Below, one piece after another: positions 19,554-27,400 of a stretch of DNA of 64,000 nucleotides. The stretch's first letter is position 1; each line of letters opens with the position of its first letter. The DNA comes from an uncultured Candidatus Saccharibacteria bacterium (lineage in GTDB: Bacteria; Patescibacteriota; Minisyncoccia; Phycocordibacterales; UBA6065), in assembly GCA_964559755.1 (NCBI GenBank), contig CAZLHP010000003.1, positions 10,465 to 74,464 on the forward strand. Direction: 5' to 3'. The notes under the pieces were generated by a model. It had not been told where the DNA came from and did no database searches. It worked only from the letters and a program-made list of their open reading frames with translations. Both the position numbers and the translations under genes were made by a program.

Positions 19554-21089
19554 GAAGTATTTCCTAAACTAGCAAGTGATAGTAAAAGATGTAAAGAGGA
19601 TCTTATAGGACAAGCCCTCGTAGCCCCTGTTTTTTTACTCCTTCTCTACATCACTCTTCTTTTCGTTGACAACATCCAACAAACAACCTTGTTTGTAAAC
19701 AGTAAGCCGACAATGGACTCGACCACAAAATCAAGCTTCACTTTTGTTGATTTTGCTTTATTTATGATCACCTATTTCATGATAAAGAAGAGCCTAGACG
19801 TCGCAAAGGACTTTTCTGGTAAATCAGGTGACATGATCACAGGAGCAATCAAAGGGGGACTGGGTATAGCTCTTGGTGCTGTATCAGGAGGAGCCGCACT
19901 GGTCGGAAGAAGAGTTATTGGCGGAGCGGCAGCTTCTCTTGCTCAAAATGCTGCTCTTAGTAATGCGGCTGCGGGTAAGTCTGGAATCGTAAACCAGCTC
20001 GCTGGTAAGGCGATCCTAGGGGCTGCACGCGGAACAGCTTCATCAAACTTTGATATCCGATCGACGGGCATACTTAAAGGGCTCAGTGCTGAGACTAAAG
20101 CTCTGGGAGTCGACATAAGTAAAACTCAAAAAGGAGGCTTCAAACAAGCTGTTAAAGACAGAGGAGAAAAAGAGAAAAAATATGCTGAAGAATTCGGAGA
20201 TGACAAAGACGGTATCTCTCGCCGAATAGCCTATGCAGAAAGTCGAAAGGGTAGCATCCTTGCTCGGCTTGCAATAGGAAACAAAAATACGGAAAAAATG
20301 GCAGGTAAGCTCCGCAATGAAGCAGGTTTAGCATTCACAAAAGCTGAAAGTGAAGATGCGCAGAAAGATGCGCAGAAGATAAAAAATCTTATTGTTGACG
20401 CTCAGATCGTAAATGAGGTCTTAAAAAAGACAACTTCAGCGGCCACAACAGAAGACGTGAATGGGTTCATCAACCAAGCCTCGTCGGGTCTTGATAACTT
20501 CCTAGAAAATAGGAAAAAAGACATGAGAAATGACAAAATAAAGCTCATGGCAAAAGCAAATCACTTAGATCGAGAGATTGATGAACATATAGCGAAAGGA
20601 AACTACGAGCGAGCAGACGAGATTCGTGGCGATAGTGACTATGCTATTTTTTCAAACATAAGAAGAGGAGCTACCAAAGCTGAAATAGAGGATGCAGCGA
20701 ATATAGGCGAATTTACAAAAGAAGATTTCGACGCAACACTTAAGAGGTACAAGACAAGAGTTATTAAAATGCAAGAACAAGTTGCAGATGCTCAACAAAT
20801 ACTCAGCCAGGCTAAACAACTTGATACTTTGATTGGAAAGAAAACCCGCGTTAATGATGCGATAAAGAAGATTACAGATGACATTATAGGCAAAGAAAAG
20901 AAATGGAATAAGCAGGGTGAAGAAACTCAAGCAGGATCGGGCCTTAATGCAGAATTGAGTGAAAGCAAGAGGAAAGCTACCCGAGCAAAAGGTGAGTCCC
21001 GTACTCTAGGCGCAGAAGGAGGAGGTGGAAGACCTCCGAAAGAAGAAGATGAGGATGAGGAAGAAAACCCTGCTGATAAAAAAACCTAG
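19554..21089 (+). CDS. Continuation of the VirB6/TrbL-like protein: two more TM helices, a Gly/Ala-rich segment, a long coiled-coil and an acidic tail (or a separate gene from the TTG at 19689 / ATG at 19713)
   Basis: Same frame as 18825-19553 with no stop between 19554 and 21089; the architecture (TM block plus hydrophilic C-terminal extension) is typical of TrbL/VirB6. Confidence 0.4.
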   Translation, partial: EVFPKLASDSKRCKEDLIGQALVAPVFLLLLYITLLFVDNIQQTTLFVNSKPTMDSTTKSSFTFVDFALFMITYFMIKKSLDVAKDFSGKSGDMITGAIKGGLGIALGAVSGGAALVGRRVIGGAAASLAQNAALSNAAAGKSGIVNQLAGKAILGAARGTASSNFDIRSTGILKGLSAETKALGVDISKTQKGGFKQAVKDRGEKEKKYAEEFGDDKDGISRRIAYAESRKGSILARLAIGNKNTEKMAGKLRNEAGLAFTKAESEDAQKDAQKIKNLIVDAQIVNEVLKKTTSAATTEDVNGFINQASSGLDNFLENRKKDMRNDKIKLMAKANHLDREIDEHIAKGNYERADEIRGDSDYAIFSNIRRGATKAEIEDAANIGEFTKEDFDATLKRYKTRVIKMQEQVADAQQILSQAKQLDTLIGKKTRVNDAIKKITDDIIGKEKKWNKQGEETQAGSGLNAELSESKRKATRAKGESRTLGAEGGGGRPPKEEDEDEEENPADKKT

Positions 21090-21092
21090 CAT

Positions 21093-21689
21093 ATGGATAA
21101 AAATATTCAAAAAAAATATGAATCTCTGCCTGACGATGTAAGAAAGGCAATTGACTCGACTGAACTGCCTTTAAAGCTTCAGAAAATTTCTTCTGATCAA
21201 GGTCTTCATGTGGATCAAGCAGGAATTCTTGAGGAAGAAGTTGCTTCTGTCATGCTTGGAATAATCCATCCTGACGAGTTCGTAGATGCAATCGAGGAAA
21301 GGCTTGGCATATCAACGGAAAAAGCGATTGATATCACCACATCTGTCAATATGGAGATTATTATACCGATTCGAGAGTCGCTCATGACTCTTCATGAAAA
21401 AGAAAGCTCTATAGAAACCAGAGCTGAGGAAATCTTACCCTCAAAAGAAGAAGTTCTGCACGAAATTGAAAACCCGACCCAAAACGAAGCGCCTAAGAAA
21501 CCATCTACAGAACTCATGGTGGGCAGGCTCACTGGTATAGTTCAAATTCCTGGAGGGAAGAGCCAAATCCCTGTTAAAAAACCTACTCTACCCGCACAAC
21601 CAATACAGCCAATTCAAAAAACTGTTAGCCAGAGCCCGAATGACCAGAGACCTCGATCATCTGACCCTTATAGAGAACCTGTAAACTAG
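21093..21689 (+). CDS. Acidic hydrophilic hypothetical protein of the T4SS-like cluster
   Basis: ORF, translationally coupled (4 nt gap) to the upstream gene. Confidence 0.4.
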   Translation: MDKNIQKKYESLPDDVRKAIDSTELPLKLQKISSDQGLHVDQAGILEEEVASVMLGIIHPDEFVDAIEERLGISTEKAIDITTSVNMEIIIPIRESLMTLHEKESSIETRAEEILPSKEEVLHEIENPTQNEAPKKPSTELMVGRLTGIVQIPGGKSQIPVKKPTLPAQPIQPIQKTVSQSPNDQRPRSSDPYREPVN

Positions 21690-21714
21690 TTTTTAGGTGT
21701 CAGGTTTTAGAAAG
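21689..21714 (+). repeat. Copy 2 of the post-stop motif gtttttaggtgtcaggttttagaaag
   Basis: See 9751-9774. Confidence 0.5.
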
Positions 21715-21777
21715 AAGGGCTTAATGTTATATTGTATGTACTAAAAGCTAAAAGCTTTAACCTCAAACCTTTTACAT

Positions 21778-22218
21778 ATGCGATTTCAAGTTCCACAATT
21801 CATAGAAGTAGAAGATAAAATATTTGGACCTCTCACCCTTAAACAATTCCTATATCTCGCAGGAAGTGGTGGTTTAGCATTTATAGTCTATAGTTTCATT
21901 GGTAATCTTTTTATAACAGCACTGTTTGTCATTCCTATAGCAAGCACAGGAATTGCTTTAGCCTTCTACAAAGTAAACAACAAACCTTTCATTTTTGTAC
22001 TCGAGGCTGCGATTAAATACTATTTTTCTGAAAAACTCTACATCTGGAGGAAAAAAGAAAGACAAGTAATACAAGCGAGCCAAAAAGAAAACTCTGACGT
22101 ATCAAGTCTCTACATTCCAAAACTATCAGACAGCAAACTAAAAGACCTCACATGGAGTCTCGATATAAAACAAGCACAGAATCCAGCACAGGGGAAAGGA
22201 GGAAAGAATACTTTTTAA
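21778..22218 (+). CDS. PrgI/VirB3-like small membrane protein of Gram-positive-type conjugation systems
   Basis: EDKIFGPLTLKQFLYLAGSGGLAFIVYSF followed by a second TM helix; matches the PrgI-family pattern; located just upstream of VirB4. Confidence 0.5.
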   Translation: MRFQVPQFIEVEDKIFGPLTLKQFLYLAGSGGLAFIVYSFIGNLFITALFVIPIASTGIALAFYKVNNKPFIFVLEAAIKYYFSEKLYIWRKKERQVIQASQKENSDVSSLYIPKLSDSKLKDLTWSLDIKQAQNPAQGKGGKNTF

Positions 22219-22304
22219 TAAAAACCTTGGGTATTATAAACAGATTCAATTATTAAATAGTAAGGTATAATTCTTATTGTCATATACTCTATATTTAAAG
22301 CCTC

Positions 22305-22952
22305 ATGCCTTCTCAAGTAAAATCAAAAACATCCCAGGATTTTGTTCCTATAAAAGAAATCCGCCAGAGTACGGTTGTACTCAAAGATGGATCCTTGCGC
22401 GGTGTTGTTATGGCATCCTCGATAAACTTTGCCCTCAAATCAAACGAGGAACAACAGTCTGTTATGTATCAGTTTCAGAACTTTTTGAATTCACTCGACT
22501 TTTCTGTACAAATTTTTATCCAGTCACGTCGTCTCGATATTAGACCATATATAGCCCTTCTCGAAGGGCGTCTCAAAGAACAAGTAGGGGACTTGCTGAA
22601 AATACAAACGAGAGAGTATATAGAATTCATAAAAAACTTTACTGAGAACTCAAACATAATGACAAAAACCTTCTTTGTTGTTGTTCCATATACACCACCC
22701 GTACTCAATTCAAAAACAGGACCAGGATCATTTCTCAGTAAACAAAAACAATCCTCTGCTTCAAATGCAGAAATGAAGCTCGAGCAGTTCGAAGAACACC
22801 GAAGTCAGCTTGAACAGCGTATCAGCGTTGTAGAACAAGGCCTCGTGCGTTGTGGTATCAGAACAATACAACTCGGAACAGAAGAGGTCGTTGAACTTTT
22901 CTACAAAATATTCAATCCTGGAGATACCGAAAAACCAATACCGTTGGCGTAA
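22305..22952 (+). CDS. VirB4/TraE/Orf16-like ATPase, N-terminal fragment (residues 1 to about 210 of a roughly 815 aa protein)
   Basis: QDFVPIKEIRQSTVVLKDGSLRGVVMASSINFALKSNEEQ...LNSLDFSVQIFIQSRRLD follows the conserved N-terminal domain of Gram-positive VirB4 homologs; ends ...ELFYKIFNPGDTEKPIPLA* just after the homology. Confidence 0.6.
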   Translation: MPSQVKSKTSQDFVPIKEIRQSTVVLKDGSLRGVVMASSINFALKSNEEQQSVMYQFQNFLNSLDFSVQIFIQSRRLDIRPYIALLEGRLKEQVGDLLKIQTREYIEFIKNFTENSNIMTKTFFVVVPYTPPVLNSKTGPGSFLSKQKQSSASNAEMKLEQFEEHRSQLEQRISVVEQGLVRCGIRTIQLGTEEVVELFYKIFNPGDTEKPIPLA

Positions 22953-22957
22953 TTAAG

Positions 22958-22989
22958 CTTTTAGGTAATAGGTTTTAGCTTTTAGAAAA
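22958..22989 (+). repeat. Copy 3 of the post-stop motif cttttaggtaataggttttagcttttagaaaa
   Basis: See 9751-9774; lies between the VirB4 N-fragment stop and the Avd-like gene start. Confidence 0.5.
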
Positions 22990-23352
22990 ATGATTAGTTC
23001 CTACAAAGATTTGGTAGTTTGGCAAAAATCCATAGAGCTAGTTAGTGAGATCTATAAAACGACCCAACTATTTCCAAAAGAAGAGATGTTTAGCTTAACC
23101 TCTCAAATACGTCGAGCCGCTATTTCCATACCATCAAACATCGCGGAAGGGAGAGGGAGAAGCACCAGAAAAGACTTTGTACATTTTCTATACATTGCTA
23201 AAGGGTCGCTTTCTGAACTAGAAACTCAACTATTTATCAGCAAAGACCTGCAACTATTACCAAAAGAAAACTTTGATGTGCTTTATCAAAAAACAAGCGA
23301 GATTGGAAAATTATTACATGGTATTATTAATAAGCTAAAAGCTGAAAACTAA
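22990..23352 (+). CDS. Four-helix-bundle protein of the '23S rRNA intervening-sequence protein' / DGR Avd-like family
   Basis: 120 aa; YKDLVVWQKSIELVSEIYKTTQLFPKEEMFSLTSQIRRAAISIPSNIAEGRGR...GSLSELETQL matches the family consensus closely. Confidence 0.8.
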   Translation: MISSYKDLVVWQKSIELVSEIYKTTQLFPKEEMFSLTSQIRRAAISIPSNIAEGRGRSTRKDFVHFLYIAKGSLSELETQLFISKDLQLLPKENFDVLYQKTSEIGKLLHGIINKLKAEN

Positions 23353-23363
23353 AACCTCTCCCC

Positions 23364-25172
23364 ATGGGACTATTTGATTTTTTAAAACCAAAACGCCAAG
23401 GATCGCTCGTAGCACCAGTACTCCCTCAACAAATCTATGAGGCTGGTATTCTAGAGCTCAAAGACGTTATTGCGCCCTCAGCACTCAAGGTCACACCTCG
23501 CGAACTCAATCTAGGAGACAAAATTTGTCGAAGTTTTTTTGTTATATCATATCCACGCTTTCTCACAGAGAGCTGGTTTGCTCCGATCATTAACTTAGAT
23601 AAGGTTTTTAACATATCGATATTCATTCATCCTGTTGAAACAGCAAAGGTTCTCCGTCAGTTTCAGAAAAAAGTGGCTGAAGTACAGAGCCAGATAAACA
23701 TCAGAGAGCAAAAAGGACTTGTGCGTGACCCTATGCTCGATACTGCATACCAAGACCTCGAATCTCTCCGTGACCAGTTGCAACAAGCCCAAGAAAAACT
23801 TTTTGATGTAGGGCTCTACATCACCATCTACGCAGATACTGAGGCAGATCTCGACAAAACAGAGTCGGAGGTTAAATCAATACTTGAATCAAAGCTTGTC
23901 TATGTAAAACCAGCACTTTTTCAACAAGAGCAAGGTTTCCGCTCAAATATCCCCACCGCATCTGACGAGCTTGTTGTACATTCAAAACTCAACTCATCTC
24001 CACTTTCAAGTCTTTTTCCTTTTATTTCATTCGACCTTACGTCCGACAAGGGTATTCTCTATGGAATCAACAGGCACAACTCTTCACTCGTTCTGTTCGA
24101 CCGATTTTCCCTTGAAAACTACAACTCTATAACATTTGCAAAGTCTGGATCAGGTAAATCATATACAACAAAGCTGGAGATATTGAGAACCCTCATGTTT
24201 GATACAGAAGTCATCGTAATAGACCCTGAAAGGGAGTATGAGTACCTTGCCGAAGCGACAGGAGGAAAGTATTTCAACATTTCTCTCAATTCCGAGCATC
24301 ACATCAATCCATTTGAACTTCCTATCGCGCGTGAAGATGAATCTCCTGCAGACGTTTTGAGGTCAAACATTATCAATCTCGTGGGACTCTTTCGTATTAT
24401 GATGGGAGGACTCTCTCCCGAAGAGGACGCGATCATTGATCGTGCTATCACCGAGACCTACGCACTCAAAGACATCACTCCTGATTCTGATTTTGCAAAC
24501 ATAGAACCACCACTTCTTTCTGATTTTGAACTTGTCCTTGCTGGCATGGAGGGAGGGGAGTCTCTCGTGCAACGGCTCACAAAATACACCAAGGGTACCT
24601 GGTCAGGATTCATCAATCGTCCAACAAACGTAGATATCAGTGCAAAATTCATAGTGTTCTCTCTTCGCGACATGGAAGACGAGTTAAAACCAGTAGCAAT
24701 GTATATCGTGACTCACTATATATGGAATGCTGTTCGCAAAAACCTCAAAAAACGCCTCCTTGTTATCGATGAGGCTTGGTGGATGATGCGTTCTGAGGAT
24801 ACTGCATCATTCCTCCTCGGCATGGCGAAACGTGGACGTAAATACTTCCTAGGTCTTGCAACTATCACACAAGACGTTGATGACTTTATGAAATCACCTT
24901 ATGGATTGCCTATTGTTACCAACTCATCTATTCAGATACTCCTCAAACAGTCTCCTTCATCTATCGACAGGCTTCAGCAAACATTCAACCTCACCGATGA
25001 AGAAAAGTACCTTCTTCTCGAGTCAGATGTTGGTGAGGGTATCTTCTTTGTGGGACTAAAACACGTAGCAATCAAAATAATTGCGTCCTATACAGAAGAC
25101 CAAATCATCACCTCAGACCCCTCTCAGCTTTTGGCAATAAAACAAGCGAGAAAGACGGCCGAAGGACTCTAA
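23364..25172 (+). CDS. VirB4/TraE/Orf16-like ATPase, C-terminal fragment carrying the ATPase domain
   Basis: Resumes the homology where the N-fragment stops (FDFLKPKRQGS...DVIAPSALKVTPRELNLGDKICRSFFVISYP); Walker A FAKSGSGKSYTTK, Walker B LLVIDEAWWMM. Confidence 0.75.
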   Translation: MGLFDFLKPKRQGSLVAPVLPQQIYEAGILELKDVIAPSALKVTPRELNLGDKICRSFFVISYPRFLTESWFAPIINLDKVFNISIFIHPVETAKVLRQFQKKVAEVQSQINIREQKGLVRDPMLDTAYQDLESLRDQLQQAQEKLFDVGLYITIYADTEADLDKTESEVKSILESKLVYVKPALFQQEQGFRSNIPTASDELVVHSKLNSSPLSSLFPFISFDLTSDKGILYGINRHNSSLVLFDRFSLENYNSITFAKSGSGKSYTTKLEILRTLMFDTEVIVIDPEREYEYLAEATGGKYFNISLNSEHHINPFELPIAREDESPADVLRSNIINLVGLFRIMMGGLSPEEDAIIDRAITETYALKDITPDSDFANIEPPLLSDFELVLAGMEGGESLVQRLTKYTKGTWSGFINRPTNVDISAKFIVFSLRDMEDELKPVAMYIVTHYIWNAVRKNLKKRLLVIDEAWWMMRSEDTASFLLGMAKRGRKYFLGLATITQDVDDFMKSPYGLPIVTNSSIQILLKQSPSSIDRLQQTFNLTDEEKYLLLESDVGEGIFFVGLKHVAIKIIASYTEDQIITSDPSQLLAIKQARKTAEGL

Positions 25173-25211
25173 AAAAGAAAAAACGAATCAAAAACACACC
25201 TTCCACATGGT

Positions 25212-26243
25212 GTGTTTTGCGTCATGAGCTTTGTGATATACTTATGCAGTATGGTTCGCACACCACTCATATTTTTTTTATCGTTTTTATTTTTCGCTCT
25301 TTCACCGTCTCTTTATGCGCAAACCCCACCAGGAAGTGGGGGAGTGAGTATCAGTCTCGTTCCTGAAAACCCAAAACCCAACCAGACCGTTACAGTAAAA
25401 ACTCAAAGCTTTAGCACAAATCTTGATAATGCGACTTTTAAATGGTCGGTGAACGGAAAAGTCGTTGCAGAAGGTGTTGGCATGAAACAATTTGATGCGC
25501 AAACAGGAAAAAGTGGATCAATCACAAGTATTCAAGTTGAAATAAGCACTCAAAACCTGGGCGTAATCCGCGACAGCATAACTTTTCGACCAACAGAAGT
25601 AACGCTCCTGTGGGAATCCGATGGTTACCTTCCTCCTTTTTACAAAGGAAGAGCTTTCTACACACTCGGAGGATCACTCAAGGTGGTAGCAATACCTGAG
25701 TTTTTTAGTTCACAAGGAAAAAGGATGAATCCAAAGGATCTTGTATACACATGGAAAAAGAACGGCGAGGTTGTTGCAGACGCTTCGGGATACGGAAAAG
25801 ATTTCTTTATTTCAGACAAAACATCATACCTACGAGATGGTAATGATATAAGCGTAGAGGTTTCAAGTCCCCGAGAGAACATTACAGGAGGAGCATCACT
25901 AGTTGTTGAACCACAACAACTAGAAATACTCATGTATGAAAAGAGCCCTCTCTATGGAATACTTTTTAATAAAAATCTCCCAACGTCGTTCAGTCTTACC
26001 AACGAAGAAATAACTCTCTATGCGGTACCTTTCTTTTTCTCAACACAAACACAATCCTTAGGGGAACTTTCTTTTGAGTGGACAATGAACAACAACCCTA
26101 TCCGAAATGCTGCAGGTAGCAACGAGTTAACCCTACGAAAAGAAACGGGACAAGTAGGTAGCTCAGACATCGGCCTAACAATTCAACACCCTCGCAAGGT
26201 GCTTCAGGGAACAACTATGAAGACTCGCATACTTTTTCAATAA
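25212..26243 (+). CDS. Secreted hypothetical protein (signal peptide, beta-rich)
   Basis: ORF with a hydrophobic N-terminus ...FFALSPSLYAQ. Confidence 0.4.
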   Translation: MFCVMSFVIYLCSMVRTPLIFFLSFLFFALSPSLYAQTPPGSGGVSISLVPENPKPNQTVTVKTQSFSTNLDNATFKWSVNGKVVAEGVGMKQFDAQTGKSGSITSIQVEISTQNLGVIRDSITFRPTEVTLLWESDGYLPPFYKGRAFYTLGGSLKVVAIPEFFSSQGKRMNPKDLVYTWKKNGEVVADASGYGKDFFISDKTSYLRDGNDISVEVSSPRENITGGASLVVEPQQLEILMYEKSPLYGILFNKNLPTSFSLTNEEITLYAVPFFFSTQTQSLGELSFEWTMNNNPIRNAAGSNELTLRKETGQVGSSDIGLTIQHPRKVLQGTTMKTRILFQ

Positions 26244-26246
26244 CAC

Positions 26247-27395
26247 ATGAATACGTATTTTAAAAGAATTACCTTAGGAGTCTGTATTTTTTTAGGACTT
26301 TGTTTGTATACAAGTGTTTTTGCTCTTGATTACATACCCCTTACCACCATTCCAGGTGTTACTGTAAAAGGTACTGCCCTGAGGACTCCCCAAAACCTCG
26401 TCCTTGGTATATATACAGCTTCAATAGGTATTGCATCAATTCTTGCAGTCATCATGGTCATTATTGGTGGTATAAAATACACCACAATGGAATCCTTCAA
26501 TGCAAAAACTGATGCAAAAAAACAAATAACATCAGCCTTCCTAGGACTTGTACTTCTCCTTGGTTCATACCTTCTCCTGAGAACAATAAACAAAGACCTT
26601 GTTGAGTTTGATACAAAACTACCTTCATCAGGAGGACAAGGCCTTGAAAGATTAAGCGCAGAAAGAGAGGCTATTAATGTTCAAATACACGACCTAAGAA
26701 GAAGCTATGCCGCCGCAGACGCAAAAACAAAAACTGCTCGAGAAGAAGCAGCAACCCTCCTTGCTGAAAAAAACACCCTTACTGCACGTTACAACATCAT
26801 AGGCGACAAGAACTCTCCTGAAGCAATAGAGCTGGCTAGACAAATAACATCAATCACATCAAGACATGCAAGCAAAACACAAGAAGTCGCGGATCTTGAT
26901 AATGCGGCCCAGAAACTTAGACGTGATGGTTTAGCCCTTATATATACACAACAAATACGAACGGAGCTCTCTGCTGGAAATTTTGATGTGGCAAATGATA
27001 TACTTCAGAAAACTATTAATCTAGAGCAACAAAAAATACAACTGCTCAAGGACCAAAACGCCCCTCAAGAAGAAATTCAAAAAGCTGAAGTAAACAAGAC
27101 CCACACTGTTGCACAGCTATCTTCAGAAGCAGACACGGCGCGAGCACTAAACGAACTCGGTAAAAACCTTGTATCAATAGACAAAACCAAGGTTACAGAA
27201 TTACGCATAAAAATAATGGCAGATGCTCTCAGGGCGGTTTCTTCTATTAACCAGACAGATCCGACAAAAGCGGCCGCTCTACGAAAAGAGGCACTTGATA
27301 ACATCAAAAAAATCGACGATGCTTTAAATGCTAAATATAGATGCACACAATCAACAACACCGACTTTTGAAACCTTAGGAACTTGTAGTATTTAA
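26247..27395 (+). CDS. VirB2/TrbC-like pilin-type N-terminus fused to a long coiled-coil C-terminal region
   Basis: Signal/TM, then LVLGIYTASIGIASILAVIMVIIGGIKYT ... ITSAFLGLVLLLGSYLLL (two hydrophobic helices as in T4SS pilins), then about 270 aa of heptad-rich sequence. Confidence 0.4.
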   Translation: MNTYFKRITLGVCIFLGLCLYTSVFALDYIPLTTIPGVTVKGTALRTPQNLVLGIYTASIGIASILAVIMVIIGGIKYTTMESFNAKTDAKKQITSAFLGLVLLLGSYLLLRTINKDLVEFDTKLPSSGGQGLERLSAEREAINVQIHDLRRSYAAADAKTKTAREEAATLLAEKNTLTARYNIIGDKNSPEAIELARQITSITSRHASKTQEVADLDNAAQKLRRDGLALIYTQQIRTELSAGNFDVANDILQKTINLEQQKIQLLKDQNAPQEEIQKAEVNKTHTVAQLSSEADTARALNELGKNLVSIDKTKVTELRIKIMADALRAVSSINQTDPTKAAALRKEALDNIKKIDDALNAKYRCTQSTTPTFETLGTCSI

Positions 27396-27400
27396 AAACC

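Noticed and set aside
22953-23363. Intein or self-splicing intron interrupting virB4
   Set aside because: An intein would be in-frame with no stop or start. The 411 nt insert is too short to hold a group I or II intron core in addition to the 363 nt ORF, and I see no ribozyme signature. This cannot be fully excluded without an RNA-family scan.
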